The notes under the pieces are model-generated. The model was not told the origin of the DNA, made no database searches, and saw only the letters and a program-made list of their open reading frames with translations. DNA of 61,785 nt, counting the filler, from Asterionella formosa (taxonomy: Eukaryota), in NCBI GenBank assembly GCA_002256025.1. It is 26 parts of 26 records of this genome, joined end to end, with 100 filler letters (N's around TTAATTAATTAA, not from the genome) between each part and the next. Parts side by side here need not be neighbours in the genome. Positions count along the whole stretch, not along the records: positions 35,770 to 38,046 come from NKIB01000074.1; positions 38,147 to 40,422 come from NKIB01000076.1; positions 40,523 to 42,798 come from NKIB01000077.1; positions 42,899 to 45,173 come from NKIB01000078.1; positions 45,274 to 47,548 come from NKIB01000079.1; positions 47,649 to 49,922 come from NKIB01000080.1; 20 more parts are not named here. One strand, written 5' to 3'. This document shows positions 38,046 to 50,022 of the stretch, one piece after another. A program made the translations under genes and the position numbers. Position 1 is the stretch's first letter. The number at the start of each line of letters is the position of its first letter.

Positions 38046-38799
38046 TNNNNNNNNNNNNNNNNNNNNNNNNNNNNNNNNNNNNNNNNNNNNTTAATTAATT
38101 AANNNNNNNNNNNNNNNNNNNNNNNNNNNNNNNNNNNNNNNNNNNNTATATACTCAGCAACGTAGATGCTAATAGGCATTGGATCGAAGTATCGTAGTGA
38201 AAGAATTTAGGGGACTGTTGGTAGATAGATTTTACTCTATTGGTATTGGTATTTCCGGACAACATAAAAGAGTACCGGTAGGTAAAGATTGGCTAGATTG
38301 CCAATCAATTGATATCTACTGATCATCACGCTGGTGGTCATACACAGCTAGTCTGTATTTAGGCTATTATTACACAGATGCATGATTTCATGCTAATGTA
38401 GCTACATTATTTTTTTTCACTATTTTTCATTAGCTGTATATTGATTGTTTTCACTTCATTTCGGGTATATGTATATTAGACATATACACTCCTACCAATA
38501 ATAGACTTGGTCCTTTATTTACTGTAATATAGTGCTATAGTATGTGTACTCGTGGTGACTCAATATTAAGTACCAGGTACTCTAAATACATAAAATGGTC
38601 TATTCCCTCTTACACGTACCCTGGTAACCAGTCGATAGGAGCAAATGGGCGCCGGTACTAGGTACTGGCACCTGGTACCAGAACCGGTATTGTCGCTAGC
38701 TTTGTGCACTGTACTCTAGTACTAGTAAAGTACTAGTGCTAGCTTTGACTACGGGTTTAACTGGGAGTTTAATTTTTTACGACTACATTCCCGGTATAC

Positions 38800-39005
38800 C
38801 TATAGTAGTCCCGAAATTCTACCAAGGTAGCTAGTATTTTCTCGTAGGCCTCGGTAGGCTTCTACTGAGGACAGAAAATACCTCCAAGGTACCAATATTG
38901 GCAAATATTTACGTGGTCTAGCATGAGGTATGTCTGTACCAGCTCAAAATTCTACCTTGGAGAATTTTTGGTAGATTTTTTTTCCTCGTTTGGGAAGCAT
39001 ATTCT
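38800..39005 (-). repeat. MITE-like palindromic repeat, copy 2
   Basis: Reverse complement of 26251-26440 with small insertions at TA sites. Confidence 0.88.
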
Positions 39006-39007
39006 AG

Positions 39008-39262
39008 CTAACTCATCATAATAACGAGGTTAGGGTTAACAGTGATATCATCAGTAGCTCCCTCAGGAACCGGCACTTGAGTTCCAGGTGGGTACACACG
39101 GAGCCGCGTTGGAGAAACACCTTGAAGATCGTCACCACATTTAATCTTCACGGCATCGATCAAGTCAGCAACGTCAGCATTCTGATTCAAAGTTACTTTA
39201 AAGGGCGTTTGTGCTGCGTCTCCAAGAAAAAACTGGAACCAAACCTTCATTGTTGTTGACAT
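39008..39262 (-). pseudogene. Crinkler (CRN/CR)-like N-terminal ubiquitin-fold domain, truncated
   Basis: MKVWFQFFLG..PFKV....ADVADLIDAVKIKC...LQGVSPTRLRVYPPGT fits the CR header pattern (VW-x-Q...V-x-DL-x-x-AVK...L-x-VY). No effector domain follows. Confidence 0.62.
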
Positions 39263-39584
39263 GATGGGGTAGACGACTAATTCTCCTATCAAACAGGCGA
39301 TGGGGAGAATACTGAACCTAATGTTGCAATTAGCGCTATCGAAGGGTACCACATAAAAGAAGTAATCACAAAGCAATATCCAACACAACTTGTTGGATGG
39401 GAAAAACTCGACATATTCCAGACAAGGATTACCCACTCAAGGATGACCAAAATACACGCTGGTCCTACAGGCCGCTAGTACCAGGCGCCTGCATGTCACA
39501 AGACAGACCTCGCAGGAATACACCTAACGGTTTCCCCGTTGAGCATACGCCTGAGACACCCTGACGTATACTCAGAATTTACCA

Positions 39585-40422
39585 GTCCCCCCACGGTGGT
39601 AACCATGCCAGATGCCACCGTGAAAACGCTCCTCCATTGCAACAATAACGACCGGTTCTGCCAGTGATCTTCATCACTCAGTCCATTTTGGGCTGTACCA
39701 TGTATTCCGATTCGCAACCCACTGTCTTCCTATTCCGTTTTGGAAAAGAACAGTAGTCATTGAACCTTGTTCTGTATCAAACATCACTTAATATCGCTCT
39801 CAAGCAATGTTCTAATAGATATAACAGAAACAATTTAATATAAAACACTCCTGGCAAAATGATAAAACGGCACCCCAGTGAGTATTTTCGTTAGACCATC
39901 AGAGCAGTTAGCCTTACCAGGTTCATGTGCAACACGCGCCGATCCGCATGCACAAGCCTCATGACACTTGTGATAAGCAATCGCATTATGCCTTTTATTT
40001 AACGTTGACTCAGGCCTAGTCACATTCTTTACCACACTTGCGTTGTCTCCAAACACATTTGCGGCACCATCAATGGGCACTCCCATCATACGTAACTTGT
40101 ATCTGAGGGCGTCATTCATTTCAATAGCAATTTTCATCGCCACGAACTCACTCCCAAAAGTTGACGTTTCGACAGTATTTTGCCTTTTGGAATACCACCT
40201 CACAGCAGCACCATTTAAGAATATCAATACCCCTGTTGTCGATCTACGGGTAGCAAGGCAAGTTGCATGCGCAGCATCACAAAAGATGTTGATTTGTACC
40301 TCATTTCCAAGAGCCTCTGGTGCACCTGGTGGAATCAACTCAACAGCATCAGGGTAGAATTCTTTCCAATCAGCACCGTCATACCAATCGACTGTAGTCC
40401 AATCCCTATATGCTGGATCAAA
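39585..40422 (-). mobile_element. pol: CoDi-type copia RNase H (ORF ends 39835) and 3' UTR with candidate PPT
   Basis: FCDAAHA..TRRSTTG..WYSKRQNTVETSTFGSEFVA..LRYKLRMMG..FGDNASV..KRHNAIAYH..N-x-SDGLTK. GGGGGGAC-TG at about 39592-39583. Confidence 0.9.
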
Positions 40423-40522
40423 NNNNNNNNNNNNNNNNNNNNNNNNNNNNNNNNNNNNNNNNNNNNTTAATTAATTAANNNNNNNNNNNNNNNNNNNNNN
40501 NNNNNNNNNNNNNNNNNNNNNN

Positions 40523-42798
40523 GATTGCTGATCGCCATTACAGAGGTATGTGCGATAATAGCGATGCTATTTATAATGACTCGTTGAGTATATCTCACGT
40601 TAGTCATCACCTGAATAATATTGTTTATTTACAGGTTGAATACACTATGGATACCGCTGTTAATGTAACGCGGGATATATATAACTGTATTGATGGACAT
40701 GATGTTCCACATACATATCAGGGACCAATTCCGGTTTCTTGTTTTACTTTTAAGGATATATTAACATCAATTGATTTGATTCCGATGTCCCTTTTAGCGC
40801 CAAAATTGGTGGATAATATACCGATACATAAAATACTTCGAGTATTATTCGATAGTGGAGGATCATTATCCTTAATACATGAACGGGTTATACCTCAAGG
40901 TATTTCTTTGTCTGACGAGACTTCCCAATTAATACATACCATAGCTGGTACTTATTCATCTCATGCCAGTGTCATGCTATATGACCTGATTTTACCAGAA
41001 TTTAATCGATCCGCTCATATTTTAGTCTTTAATGGTCTATGCACATTTGATGTTATTTTTGGACGTGATTTCCTCCGTCAAGTTGGTTTAACCATTGATT
41101 TCGTAAATAACACCATGTCCTGTATGGATATGATCGTTCCTATGCATCCGCTCACATTCTTTGATGATAGAGAACGTTTACAAGATGTATTATTATATTT
41201 CGATGCACCTATGATTGTGGAATCTTCATATGCGCTGGAAATTAAAGCTGCTGAATATAATTATATAAATATTGATACAGTGGTGGATAAACAAATACAT
41301 TTGACAACAATACAACGATCATGTTTACGGTCTATATTGGTTAAATATCAAACATTATTTGATCGCAAATTAAAAGTCTATCCTCACAAACAGGTACATT
41401 TGGAATTATTATCAAATGCTGTCCCTCGTCATCAACGAGCATATCCGGTCGCTCATATTCATTTAGAAGTTTTCAAAACTGAATTACAACGATTATGTGA
41501 TATTGGAGTCCTACAAAAATGTGGTGCTTCTAAATGGGCATCTCCCACTTTTATTATTCCAAAAAAGGATGGAAGTGTCCGATGGGTATCAGATTTTCGT
41601 GAACTTAATAAAGTCATCAATCGCAATATATATCCTTTGCCTCGAATACAAACTATTCTCACTAAACGTGCTGGATATGTATTTTTCACCAAATTGGATG
41701 TTTCCATGCAATACTATACTTTTGCATTGGATGTGGAGAGTCAAAACTTGTGTGTTATTTCAACTCCATTTGGTTTATATAAATATTTACGCCTGCCTAT
41801 GGGGGTGAAACAATCATCTGACATTGCACAAGAAACTATGGAACAGATCCTTAGTGATTTAGATGATGTGGAAATTTATATTGATGATGTGGGTTGTTTT
41901 TCAATGAATTTTTCAGATCACCTTCATTTATTGGACACTATTTTACATCGTTTACAGATAAATGGTTTTACAATTAATCCATCTAAGTGTGAATGGGCCG
42001 TCCAAGAGACAGATTGGTTAGGCTATTGGTTAACTCCTAATGGACTGAAACCTTGGTCTAAAAAAGTCCGAGCATTGATTAATATGTCTTCACCTACCAA
42101 TCTTAAACAAGTTCGATCATTTCTCGGTGCTGTTACTTACTATCGAGACATGTTTCCTAGACGATCGCATGTTCTTGGACCACTTACGGATTTAATTGGA
42201 ACTAGTCCCTTTGTCTGGTTACCTATCCATCAACAAGCTTTTGAAGAAATGAAAGCATTGTTAGTTGCAGATACACTCATGCGTTATCCTGACCATAATC
42301 TCCCTTTTCATATCTTTACTGATGCCTCTGATTATCAATTAGGGTCGGTCATTATGCAAAATGATCTCCCAGTTGCTTATTATTCTCGCAAATTATCTGC
42401 TGCTCAAAAGAATTATACTACTATTGAAAAAGAATTACTTTCTGTGGTAGAAACTTTCAAAGAATTTCGCTCTATGTTATTGGGCGCAGTTCTACATGTT
42501 CACACTGATCATCGAAATCTTATTTATAATACATTACATACACAACGTGTTCTACGATGGCGACTTTACATTGAAGAATACCATCCTACTTTTCATTATG
42601 TGAAAGGGACTGACAATGCTATTGCAGATTCCATCTCTCGCCTCCCGAGGCTTGAGTCTTTGGTGGAGGATGATATTGATATTGGACCGAAATCTCCAAC
42701 ATCAACTTCCACTTCTACTTTTTCAATTGAATTAGATGATGAACCTCTGCTTACATGTTTCCTTAATCATCCCATCTTGACAGACAATATTCAATATC
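40523..42798 (+). CDS. pol: Ty3/gypsy pol polyprotein (protease-RT-RNase H), open across the contig
   Basis: LFDSGG, WASPTFIIPKKDG, YPLPRI, YIDD, TDASDYQLG, NYTTIEKELL, N-x-IADSISRL. In-frame loss of QQKCQ relative to the other copies. Confidence 0.96.
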
Positions 42799-42983
42799 NN
42801 NNNNNNNNNNNNNNNNNNNNNNNNNNNNNNNNNNNNNNNNNNTTAATTAATTAANNNNNNNNNNNNNNNNNNNNNNNNNNNNNNNNNNNNNNNNNNNNCA
42901 GCAATGAGTGTGACGGGGGGACAAGTGATGGGAGATAACTTTGTGTTAATAGTATTATCGACAGCAACTTGCTCCCCTCCACA

Positions 42984-44072
42984 TCAAGCAAGTGGTGAAG
43001 GTGGCGGTGAAACACGGGGTGGCCGGGTAGGACGGGGACCATCACTGAAAAGACGGACGCTGCCACCGAGACGTCGATCAAGGGTGGCATTGAGTTGATG
43101 GCCAGAAGCTGGATGCTTGCAAGTTGCACTGGTATGGTCAGGGTTTTTGGTAAGACCATGAGTCCAACAATAGCCTAATTGGACATTGTTGTAAGTGTAT
43201 CCAGAAGGGACAGCACGAGCAGCGGCAGCAATAGCTGGCAATGGGGGAGGGCCACTGGTTTGAATGGCAGCATGGGCACCATGATAACCGGCAGTGGTGG
43301 CGGTGGCAAGGCGCAATCGTTCCTTATCAGCATGCAGGAAATGTGGGCAAAAATTAACCCATGTACGGTCCAGCTCAGCGCGATCACGCCAAGTTTGAAT
43401 GCTATGAGAATATACACCAGCCTTTTCTAAAGCAGAAAGAGTCAATCGCATGACAGTACTGTCAGAGAAAGGTTCCCCACCAGCATCAGCAATGGCACGA
43501 AGATGTTTGATGCGGATCCATAAATGCTCAATAGGTTCCTCTGGTGTCCAAGCATCGGCCAAGCGCATGCGATTGAGTTCCAAATCATCTGCACTCAATG
43601 TTGCATATGTAGATTCTAAGTGAGCAAGTAAGGTCAGAACAGTGATGTCTGCATATCCAAATGTACCCCCTTACAGAACGTTGTAGTAGGTTGGGTCAAT
43701 GGCTGTTAGAATTTGTTGTCGGAGAATTTCACGGATTTGGGATTAACGGCGGAATGCGTCAAGGGAGGTGTCAAAGAGACGGTTGGCAGCAGTGATTTGG
43801 GACTGTGTTGCAGTAGCACTGTGTGGCGGCTGGATGCCGGGATGCTCGGGCGGTACAAAGGGTTCACCGGCACATAAGAGATAAGGAGCAGCAGCCATGA
43901 CAATACCAAGGAAACCATTGGGACCACCACCACTGGTACAGTGGACAGAGCGAGCATTGGCAAAGAGTTCCTTGCGAAGGCGGGTTACAGTGAAGGCTGT
44001 AGGTTTGCCCTCGATCGGCGTCAAGAGCGGATGAGGGAATGGGAAAACAGCGGAAACGATTGGAGTCGTCAT
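42984..44072 (-). pseudogene. gag: Diatom CoDi-type copia gag with two in-frame stops
   Basis: FPHPLLTPIEGKPT..ANARSV..GGG..GFLG..W-x-P-x-x-PIE..TW-x-NF..YCWTHG..HTSATC..GH..AT. One frame with TAA at 43743 and 43671. Confidence 0.85.
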
Positions 44073-44132
44073 GGTGGAAGAAGGCCTGAGAGACAGGGAC
44101 AGCGAACGGGCAAGCGGTGCTGGACGGTTGAT

Positions 44133-44386
44133 TGTTGAGACCAGTGCTGGTTTGCACTGTCGACAAGACCCGCAACTTCGCAGGTGCGGACAAGAGAGAA
44201 AGAACAGATATTGTAGTTCTGTTGAGGGGAACCTTATCGTGAATAAAGGTGAACTACAATATTATGACTATTCTATTGCTGTTCCAAGTACATCGTTGTT
44301 AGCACTCACGCATGTACCTAATCTGGTGGCTGCGCCGGTATGGTTTGTACGGCGCATGTATGGAGCATCATATGCAGATATTAACA
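44133..44386 (-). repeat. Candidate 5' LTR of the gag element
   Basis: TGTTAATATC...TCAACA just upstream of gag. An alternative CAACA end lies at 44220. Confidence 0.45.
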
Positions 44387-44569
44387 AAAATATCCAATTT
44401 TCGCAATTTCACGTCGACAGCAACCTTTGGGCGATAATACCTAATTAACAATGTACACAATGCAACAATACAAGTACGGAAGTATTTACTCGCTATATAA
44501 ATCTGAACAATTCGTTCGTGACAATAAATAGCGTATCTTGTAAAATAAGTTCAAACCGTGCGTTTACTC

Positions 44570-44632
44570 CGTTTAGCGGTGGCTTACAGTTCAAAAGTGG
44601 CCGTAGCGGTGGCTTACAGTTTTTAAGTGGTA
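44570..44632. repeat. 30-bp tandem repeat abutting GG-TA, candidate DNA transposon terminus
   Basis: TAGCGGTGGCTTACAGTT...AAGTGG twice, then TA. Confidence 0.5.
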
Positions 44633-45273
44633 CCCGGTACAATAAATTATCCTCTTGCTATGAAATATACTACATAGTACATACGGTACCTGGTAGTATA
44701 TCTTGAGCTTCCGTCCATCATGGTTGCAGGAGGAGATTGGGATGGAGCACATGCAGCGCGTAGATTCGCCATTAGGGATTCGGGCTAACCGTTTGATTCA
44801 TTGGTTCACCACACAATCTGGAGAAAGCACCGGGTACCGGTATTTTTGTACTGGGAGGGGGAAATTGGGTAAATGCAAAACATGCCACCTGCTGCAACTG
44901 CAACTGTTCCAGACTTCTTGTTCTTCCACCACCGCACCTGATGTATTGTATTTTTCATACAGGCAGATTGGAGATTGTGGCATTTCAAATGTACGGGTGC
45001 GGGTAGTAATTTTATATGTATCATAGGTATTACGTATCATTGTACATGGTACCTGGCACAGTACGTAGGCTAAACCATCCGCCTGCGGTAACAAGATCAG
45101 TTGTCCCGAAGGCGAAGATCTTCGTGTCGAACTTGCTTTAGCAAAAGTCACAAACGTTTATATTTTGCTCGTCNNNNNNNNNNNNNNNNNNNNNNNNNNN
45201 NNNNNNNNNNNNNNNNNTTAATTAATTAANNNNNNNNNNNNNNNNNNNNNNNNNNNNNNNNNNNNNNNNNNNN

Positions 45274-47548
45274 ACTGCATTCCTGGTACCACAAATAATT
45301 CCATCATCCACGTAGTTTGCCAACAGCCCTTCAATTTGTCCATCGTTGTTACGGTAGATAAACAACATTGGGTCTATTTCGCTTTTCGTTATACCTGTCT
45401 TGCTGGTGACGCACTTTGCGAATGTCTTGGACCAGCATCTTGGAGCTTGTACAATTCCATACATAGCCTTAATTAATTTGCAGATATGTATATTCTGATC
45501 GATCCCTGTCAATCCTTCTGGGGGCTCAATATAAATGTCTTCGTCGACGTCAGCATTTAAAAACGCTGCTTCAACATCGATTGCTTCCGCTATCCAACCA
45601 TAGTACAAAGTAACAGCCAGAACAGTTTTTATTGTAGCATCACTTGCAACAGGAGCGAATGTTTCAGTAAAATCAACTCCCGGGATCTGTTCATATCCCT
45701 TTACAACCAACCGTGCCTTGTATACTGTCTTTCCGGTTATCACGTCCTCCTTAATACGGAAGACCCATCTTGTCTTAAGAGCTCTCTTGTTCACGTCATT
45801 TCTCTTAACTATTTTCCACACTCCTCTTGCTTTGAAGTTTTCAAATTCTTTCTTTATAGCTTTCATCCACTCTTTACAATCAGGTCTTACCATTGCCTCA
45901 TTATAACTATTTGGTAAACCTGGGTCCGATGCAAGACTTGCATTGAATACGAAATTTACTTCAGTTTCCTTATTCAAAGAAGCTTCCTCCTCAATCACAT
46001 TTGGTAATGAAGTGTCTGGAGGAAATTTAACATTTTTAGTTGGATTGTATGATGAGTCCAACTTCTTCATTTCTCGTTCCAACTTTGCCTGTTGCTTCAA
46101 GACATTTCTCTTTTCTAGGTCAGAAATTTCATCACTCCTTGAGGTAGATTTTCCTTTTTCAGTGTCTGCGGTTGATTTATCGTTGTCGTCGTCATCTTCC
46201 TTGTTGTCTGAAACTTCTGGAGGTAAATCTTCATTGTAGAAATCATCATCTAATCCATCATTATTGACTTCAGCTTCTGGTTGAACTGTTACTTTCTCTT
46301 TGGCATTGTCCTTGTAGATATTTCGCGTAGGGTCCGCTGATGTCCACAAACAGTCTCTCTCCAGGTACCGTCGATTTTTCTTGCGTTGTTTTTGGGACGG
46401 CTCGTGCTTTAGCTTTCGCTGCCGCACAGCCTGCGCACACTGTCATGATGCCGCTCAACTTCCATCCAAATAATTTCGCCGTATCATGCAAACATTTCTC
46501 GCCCACATGACCAAGCATCGCATGCGCTTCATTGATATCGACAATCACATAATTATTTTCAAACTCACCATTTTGATTATTCCATTTGTTCTTTCCTTTG
46601 TTCGTTTTCTTTGCTTCAACTTTCGTCCAATCGTTTTCGTTGTAGTCGTCGATCGATTGTTGTGTCGCGTTCTCTTGTAGTTGATCGACTTCCATCACCG
46701 TTTGCTTGATGATCGGATTACCTTCGACATGATACATTGCTCCGAGTTTTCGAGTTTTATCTCTTTTGCAGGTTAGAAAACCGCTCTTGTTTCGTATCGT
46801 CATCCTATCGTCCTCGAAGATCACTTGATTACCCTTGTCGATCATTCTAGAGACACTGATGATGTTCTGCTTGAACTCCGGTGCATAAAGCACATCGGTG
46901 AGTTTCAAGCATTTTCCTTCGTCCGTAGTCGTCAGGGTTACAGTACCAGAGACAGTTGATACTATCTCAGTTCCATTCCCTACCACGACCGTTTCACTCA
47001 CTTGTTTCTTGTCTTCCATCATGCGCACGTCCGTGCAGATGTGAACAGTAGCACCGCTGTCTAACAACCAGCGATTTCTGACGTCACGAGCGAGGTTGAC
47101 TTCCTCGTTGTAACTAATTTCGACGCACGTGGCGACGAACATTCCTTGCTGGGTAGATGTAGTCGTGTTGTTTTCTTCGTTTCTATTATTCTTAGATGCA
47201 CTGTTACTGGTGCACTCACTTGCGTAGTGTCCCATGCGTTGGCACTTGAAACACTTGATCGTTTTCCTCTTTTCTTTCTGCTCAGGAGTGAGCTCCTTCT
47301 TGTCGGCACTATTGCCCTTGCTGCGACATTCAGCCGCCCTGTGGCCATACTTGCCACACTTACGACAGTCACCTTTGAACTTCCCTTTCGTGTAGAAGGC
47401 CTGTTCACTCTTGTTCTTGTTAGTCGTTTTGACGTCATCCCGGACATATAGATCGTAGTAGTCCCGGATGTCTGTCTTAATCTCTTCGACCGTTAGCGTG
47501 TTGCGCGCCAGGCCGAACCTTCCTACTACCAAACTCTTGTAGCTTTCA
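45274..47548 (-). mobile_element. pol: Ty1/copia gag-pol with integrase core deleted
   Basis: CRKCGKYGHRAAEC, CFKCQRMGHYASEC, WLLDSGATVH, HAMLGH..CAGC, RLFVDISGPY. A jump near 46320 leads into the linker and RT in another frame (KTRWVF, YKARLVVKGYEQIPGVDF, DVEAAFLN, YVDD). Confidence 0.93.
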
Positions 47549-47737
47549 NNNNNNNNNNNNNNNNNNNNNNNNNNNNNNNNNNNNNNNNNNNNTTAATTAA
47601 TTAANNNNNNNNNNNNNNNNNNNNNNNNNNNNNNNNNNNNNNNNNNNNAAAAATGTTTTCAAAATCCTAAATCTCAACCTTTCTACTACTTTGGTACTCA
47701 AATTCGAGTAGGTAAAAAGTCTAGTGTCCATGCTATT

Positions 47738-49102
47738 CTACGATACATGAGCATTGGCCATTCCATTTACGGCCATGACAGCTCCTGCAGTGGTTGTTGC
47801 TTTGTGCGTTTTCCAAACCACTTGACCTTGATCATTGGTCATCAAGTCAGGTGCAACCTTTTCAAACAACTTCTTCTTGGCCACTTTGGTATCTGGTTCA
47901 GGGTCTCCCATCACAATCCCGTCAAACACGACACGTTCTCCAACAACACTATCGGCAGGAGGAACGACAAATTCCACCTTGGTATGATCATTGTTGGATG
48001 CACACAACACCATCCCATGAGACGGGAATCCAGCCAAGGACCGGGACTTCAAATTGCAGACAACAATGACCAACCGTCCTTCCAAGTCCAAGGGTGTGGC
48101 GTAAAATGTTCGTAATCCACTGGCAATGTTCCTTGGTGTCGCTTCTCCCACGTCCACTTCTTCGCAATACAATTTTTCAGAATCCGGATGATTCCATGCC
48201 TTGAGAATCTTTCCAACTCGAAAATCCATGGCAGCGACAGTCACATCATCAGCAACAGTTGGCTTCGGTTTTGGCTTTTCTGCGGTAGATGCTTTTTTCG
48301 AAGCTCGTTTGTCTGCAGCTGCTTTCTTTTGTTCGTCGGTCAAGACAGGCGCCTTGTCACTAGCAGTAGTAGCAGCAGTAGTAGTAGCAATAGTGGCTGT
48401 AGAACCAGCTGCACCTGCAGCAGTTGGAGGGTTCACCGTAAGGGAAGTCATGCCCATAAAGGGTTCAGTCCCATAGAAAAAAGTTGGCATGGGCGCTGGA
48501 GCAATCGACCAGTTTAATTCTGGAATAGTTGCAGCAGAATCTCCCATTAATTCTTGCATCCTTGCATGCGTGGCTTCCATCCACCGTTGGACGTTGGGAG
48601 TTACCGTCGTCGTTGTAGTCATGAGGACGCTACAAAGGTCCATATCTGCCAAAGTAGGAGTGGCTGATGGAATCAAAAAGGCTCGTTCTTTTAAATATGG
48701 TTCCAATTGTTCCAATACGGCGTTGGTGGTGGTAGACTCGTCTCGAACATTGGATGCCGCACTCATCCACGCCGTCAAGGATGACAACGCCATGGCTGAC
48801 ACGGGCGAGGTTCGACTGGTGGAATGCCCTCCCAAAATGGCAGTCTTCAAATCGACAGCATGATGCAAAGCGGGACCACACAGCGCTCGTAAAATGGCGT
48901 TGCGTTCGTTCAACACAGTGCCATTCAGCAAGGTGAGCGAAGTGTTGTTGTTATTGTTGTTGTTGTTACCAATTATGACAGTCTTGATTTGGAGGGACGA
49001 GCACAAATGCAACACGAGCTTCAACACAAGGTCCTTATCGAGAACCGCTTGAGATACATTGACAGTGCCCAGAGCGGCAGAGGAGACTACATCCATCGTC
49101 AT
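47738..49102 (-). CDS. Arc1p/AIMP1-like aminoacyl-tRNA synthetase cofactor (GST-C-like plus EMAPII-like tRNA-binding OB fold)
   Basis: Complete 454-aa ORF. LEPYLKERAFL..PTLADM..PNVQRW, a Lys-rich linker, then DFRVGKI..HPDSEKLYCEEVDVGE..PRNIASGL..VCNLK..GFPSHGMVLCA..PP...VGERV. Confidence 0.9.
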   Translation of the reverse strand: MTMDVVSSAALGTVNVSQAVLDKDLVLKLVLHLCSSLQIKTVIIGNNNNNNNNTSLTLLNGTVLNERNAILRALCGPALHHAVDLKTAILGGHSTSRTSPVSAMALSSLTAWMSAASNVRDESTTTNAVLEQLEPYLKERAFLIPSATPTLADMDLCSVLMTTTTTVTPNVQRWMEATHARMQELMGDSAATIPELNWSIAPAPMPTFFYGTEPFMGMTSLTVNPPTAAGAAGSTATIATTTAATTASDKAPVLTDEQKKAAADKRASKKASTAEKPKPKPTVADDVTVAAMDFRVGKILKAWNHPDSEKLYCEEVDVGEATPRNIASGLRTFYATPLDLEGRLVIVVCNLKSRSLAGFPSHGMVLCASNNDHTKVEFVVPPADSVVGERVVFDGIVMGDPEPDTKVAKKKLFEKVAPDLMTNDQGQVVWKTHKATTTAGAVMAVNGMANAHVS

Positions 49103-50022
49103 GTTGCTGATTTCTTTCCAAGTAACAATACTACAGAGTAATGCAACAACTTAGGACCACAAAATTAAGCGCAACGACTACCGGTACATAATTCATAATA
49201 CCGGTACCTGGTACTACCGTATACAAGCAATTTTTTGATGGCTTGGTGAGAATGCGTGCAAATCAGTGGGTTGATGACGATGCACCATGCACACGGAGAG
49301 GCTATGTAGCGGTATTCGTTACATACTAAAAATATGCAGTATTTCATCACATGGAGCGAATTGCTAATACGGCACGTTTCAGTGATGTGGTATGTAGGCA
49401 AACATTCATCCAAAAGTTGAAAACAACATGCAACAGTCAACTAAGCTGCAAAAAGGTGTTGGTTTTGAAAACATTGAACAAGTGGAAACAAGAATCATAT
49501 TATCACTACGAAATACCTACAGTATGACAACTGAAACTGGATGTGTCACTCCTGGATACCCAATTTGAAATTTTTGGAGAAAATAATCTGCTTTTTGGAG
49601 CATGCAATTTGTTGATATGGATGATGATTACAAGATATTACTCCATATTTACCTAGGTAGGTCAGTAAAGTCATTGAACTAATTCTAAACATGAGCATGT
49701 CTACTAGAGTAATATGTGTTTGCCTAGATTTACCTTTTTATTTTCAAGTGCATTTAAATAAAGATATGTATAATTGTAAATATGAATCAACAGCTCAGCA
49801 ATCAGTGCAACCTTCTCTGTATAGCTACATCAAAGATCCCCCAAGCAGCTCGTTGGACTGCTATTTTTTCTCCACTGCTGTGAGTTCAACTCTACCCAAA
49901 AAACAATAAGATTCCCCATCCTNNNNNNNNNNNNNNNNNNNNNNNNNNNNNNNNNNNNNNNNNNNNTTAATTAATTAANNNNNNNNNNNNNNNNNNNNNN
50001 NNNNNNNNNNNNNNNNNNNNNN

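Noticed and set aside
33391..38046. Apparent 2.3-kb inverted repeat or palindrome
   Set aside because: Two haplotype contigs of almost equal size placed next to each other by size sorting, with a linker at the centre.
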